Shown here: positions 63,491 through 64,000 of the stretch, piece after piece
Numbering within the stretch: position 1 is the stretch's first letter
Layout: every line of letters begins with the position of its first letter
From: Alphaproteobacteria bacterium
Lineage (GTDB): Bacteria; Pseudomonadota; Alphaproteobacteria; Bin95
Direction of reading: 5' to 3'
Assembly (NCBI GenBank): GCA_963665325.3
Contig: OZ224045.1
Coordinates: 544,001 to 608,000 of the forward strand
DNA length: 64,000 bases
Made by a program: the position numbers and the translations under genes
The notes under the pieces: model-generated
Told to the model about the DNA's origin: nothing
Database searches by the model: none
Seen by the model: the letters and a program-made list of their open reading frames with translations, nothing else

Positions 63491-63870
63491 GCGAACACGC
63501 CCGGAACGAGGCCGTCGGCGGCGAGAACGCGCCCGGAAGGGCGGAGGACAACCGCAAGACCCGGAGCATCCGCTTCTCCGAATCCGAATGGGATGAAGTC
63601 AGGAACGCTGCGCTGGCGCACGATCTGCCGGCGGCCGAGTTCGTCCGGGATCGGATTCTGGCGCTCGTCCGCGCCCCCGAGGGCGCCGTCGCGCCCACCG
63701 TTGTGCCGTCCATGGCGCCGCTGATCGAGCGGATGTTCCGCTACACTTGGTTCCTGGCGACCGAGAAACGCGACGCGATGCTGCGCGAGGGACGCGAAGC
63801 GGAGCTCGAAAAGCTGGTCGCCGAGGCCCGCGCGCTCCAGGAATCGCTCGTGCGGGACGCCTCCGACTAA
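63487..63870 (+). CDS. Ribbon-helix-helix (NikA/MobC-like) relaxosome accessory or regulator
   Basis: RKTRSIRFSESEWDEVRNAALAHDLPAAEFVRDRIL. Confidence 0.7.
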   Translation: MSEHARNEAVGGENAPGRAEDNRKTRSIRFSESEWDEVRNAALAHDLPAAEFVRDRILALVRAPEGAVAPTVVPSMAPLIERMFRYTWFLATEKRDAMLREGREAELEKLVAEARALQESLVRDASD

Positions 63871-63879
63871 GCGCAAGCG

Positions 63880-63997
63880 GCGCCCCGACGGGGCGCAACC
63901 CAGGCCGCAGGGCGAAACTCATACGCAACTCGCGCGAGTTTCACGCGGAACTCGCCGAACACAATCCGAAACCCGATGAGTTGCGCACGAGTTGCGC
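63880..63997. repeat. Hairpin plus 11-bp periodic direct/inverted repeats (oriT, operator or centromere candidate)
   Basis: GCGCCCC-GAC-GGGGCGC; GCGAAACTCAT ACGCAACTCGC GCGAGTTTCAC GCGGAACTCGC; inverted ATGAGTTGCGC ACGAGTTGCGC. Confidence 0.65.
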
Positions 63998-64000
63998 GGG

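Overview
GC-rich (roughly 70% by eye) conjugative element, probably an alphaproteobacterial ICE or plasmid, running off both ends of the window. It has four parts. (1) 1-17.6 kb is a minus-strand backbone or leading-region block: strawberry-notch methylase/helicase, RadC, GHKL ATPase, ParB, an AAA/DUF3150-like/VWA trio and a PAPS reductase, with a TIR + small membrane protein pair inserted in it. (2) 18-31.4 kb is a lower-GC cargo island: two HU genes (one a fusion), a PD-(D/E)xK nuclease-like gene, a His-Xaa-Ser radical-SAM system with a MauG-like diheme protein, DUF3800 followed by a three-hairpin RNA-like element, a truncated exonuclease-RecQ and two integrase 3' remnants. (3) 32.7-38.3 kb is a large Calx-beta autotransporter behind a perfect 8-bp tandem repeat that could switch it on and off. 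(4) 38.4-64 kb holds a split FseA-like activator, an rdfS-like excisionase, an F-type tra operon (A L E K B V C, trbI, S26 peptidase, W U trbC N F H G), a candidate entry-exclusion gene, TraD, a MOBF relaxase, a deleted NYN gene, an RHH gene and an 11-bp repeat array. Family calls come from motif recognition by eye; no database search was run.
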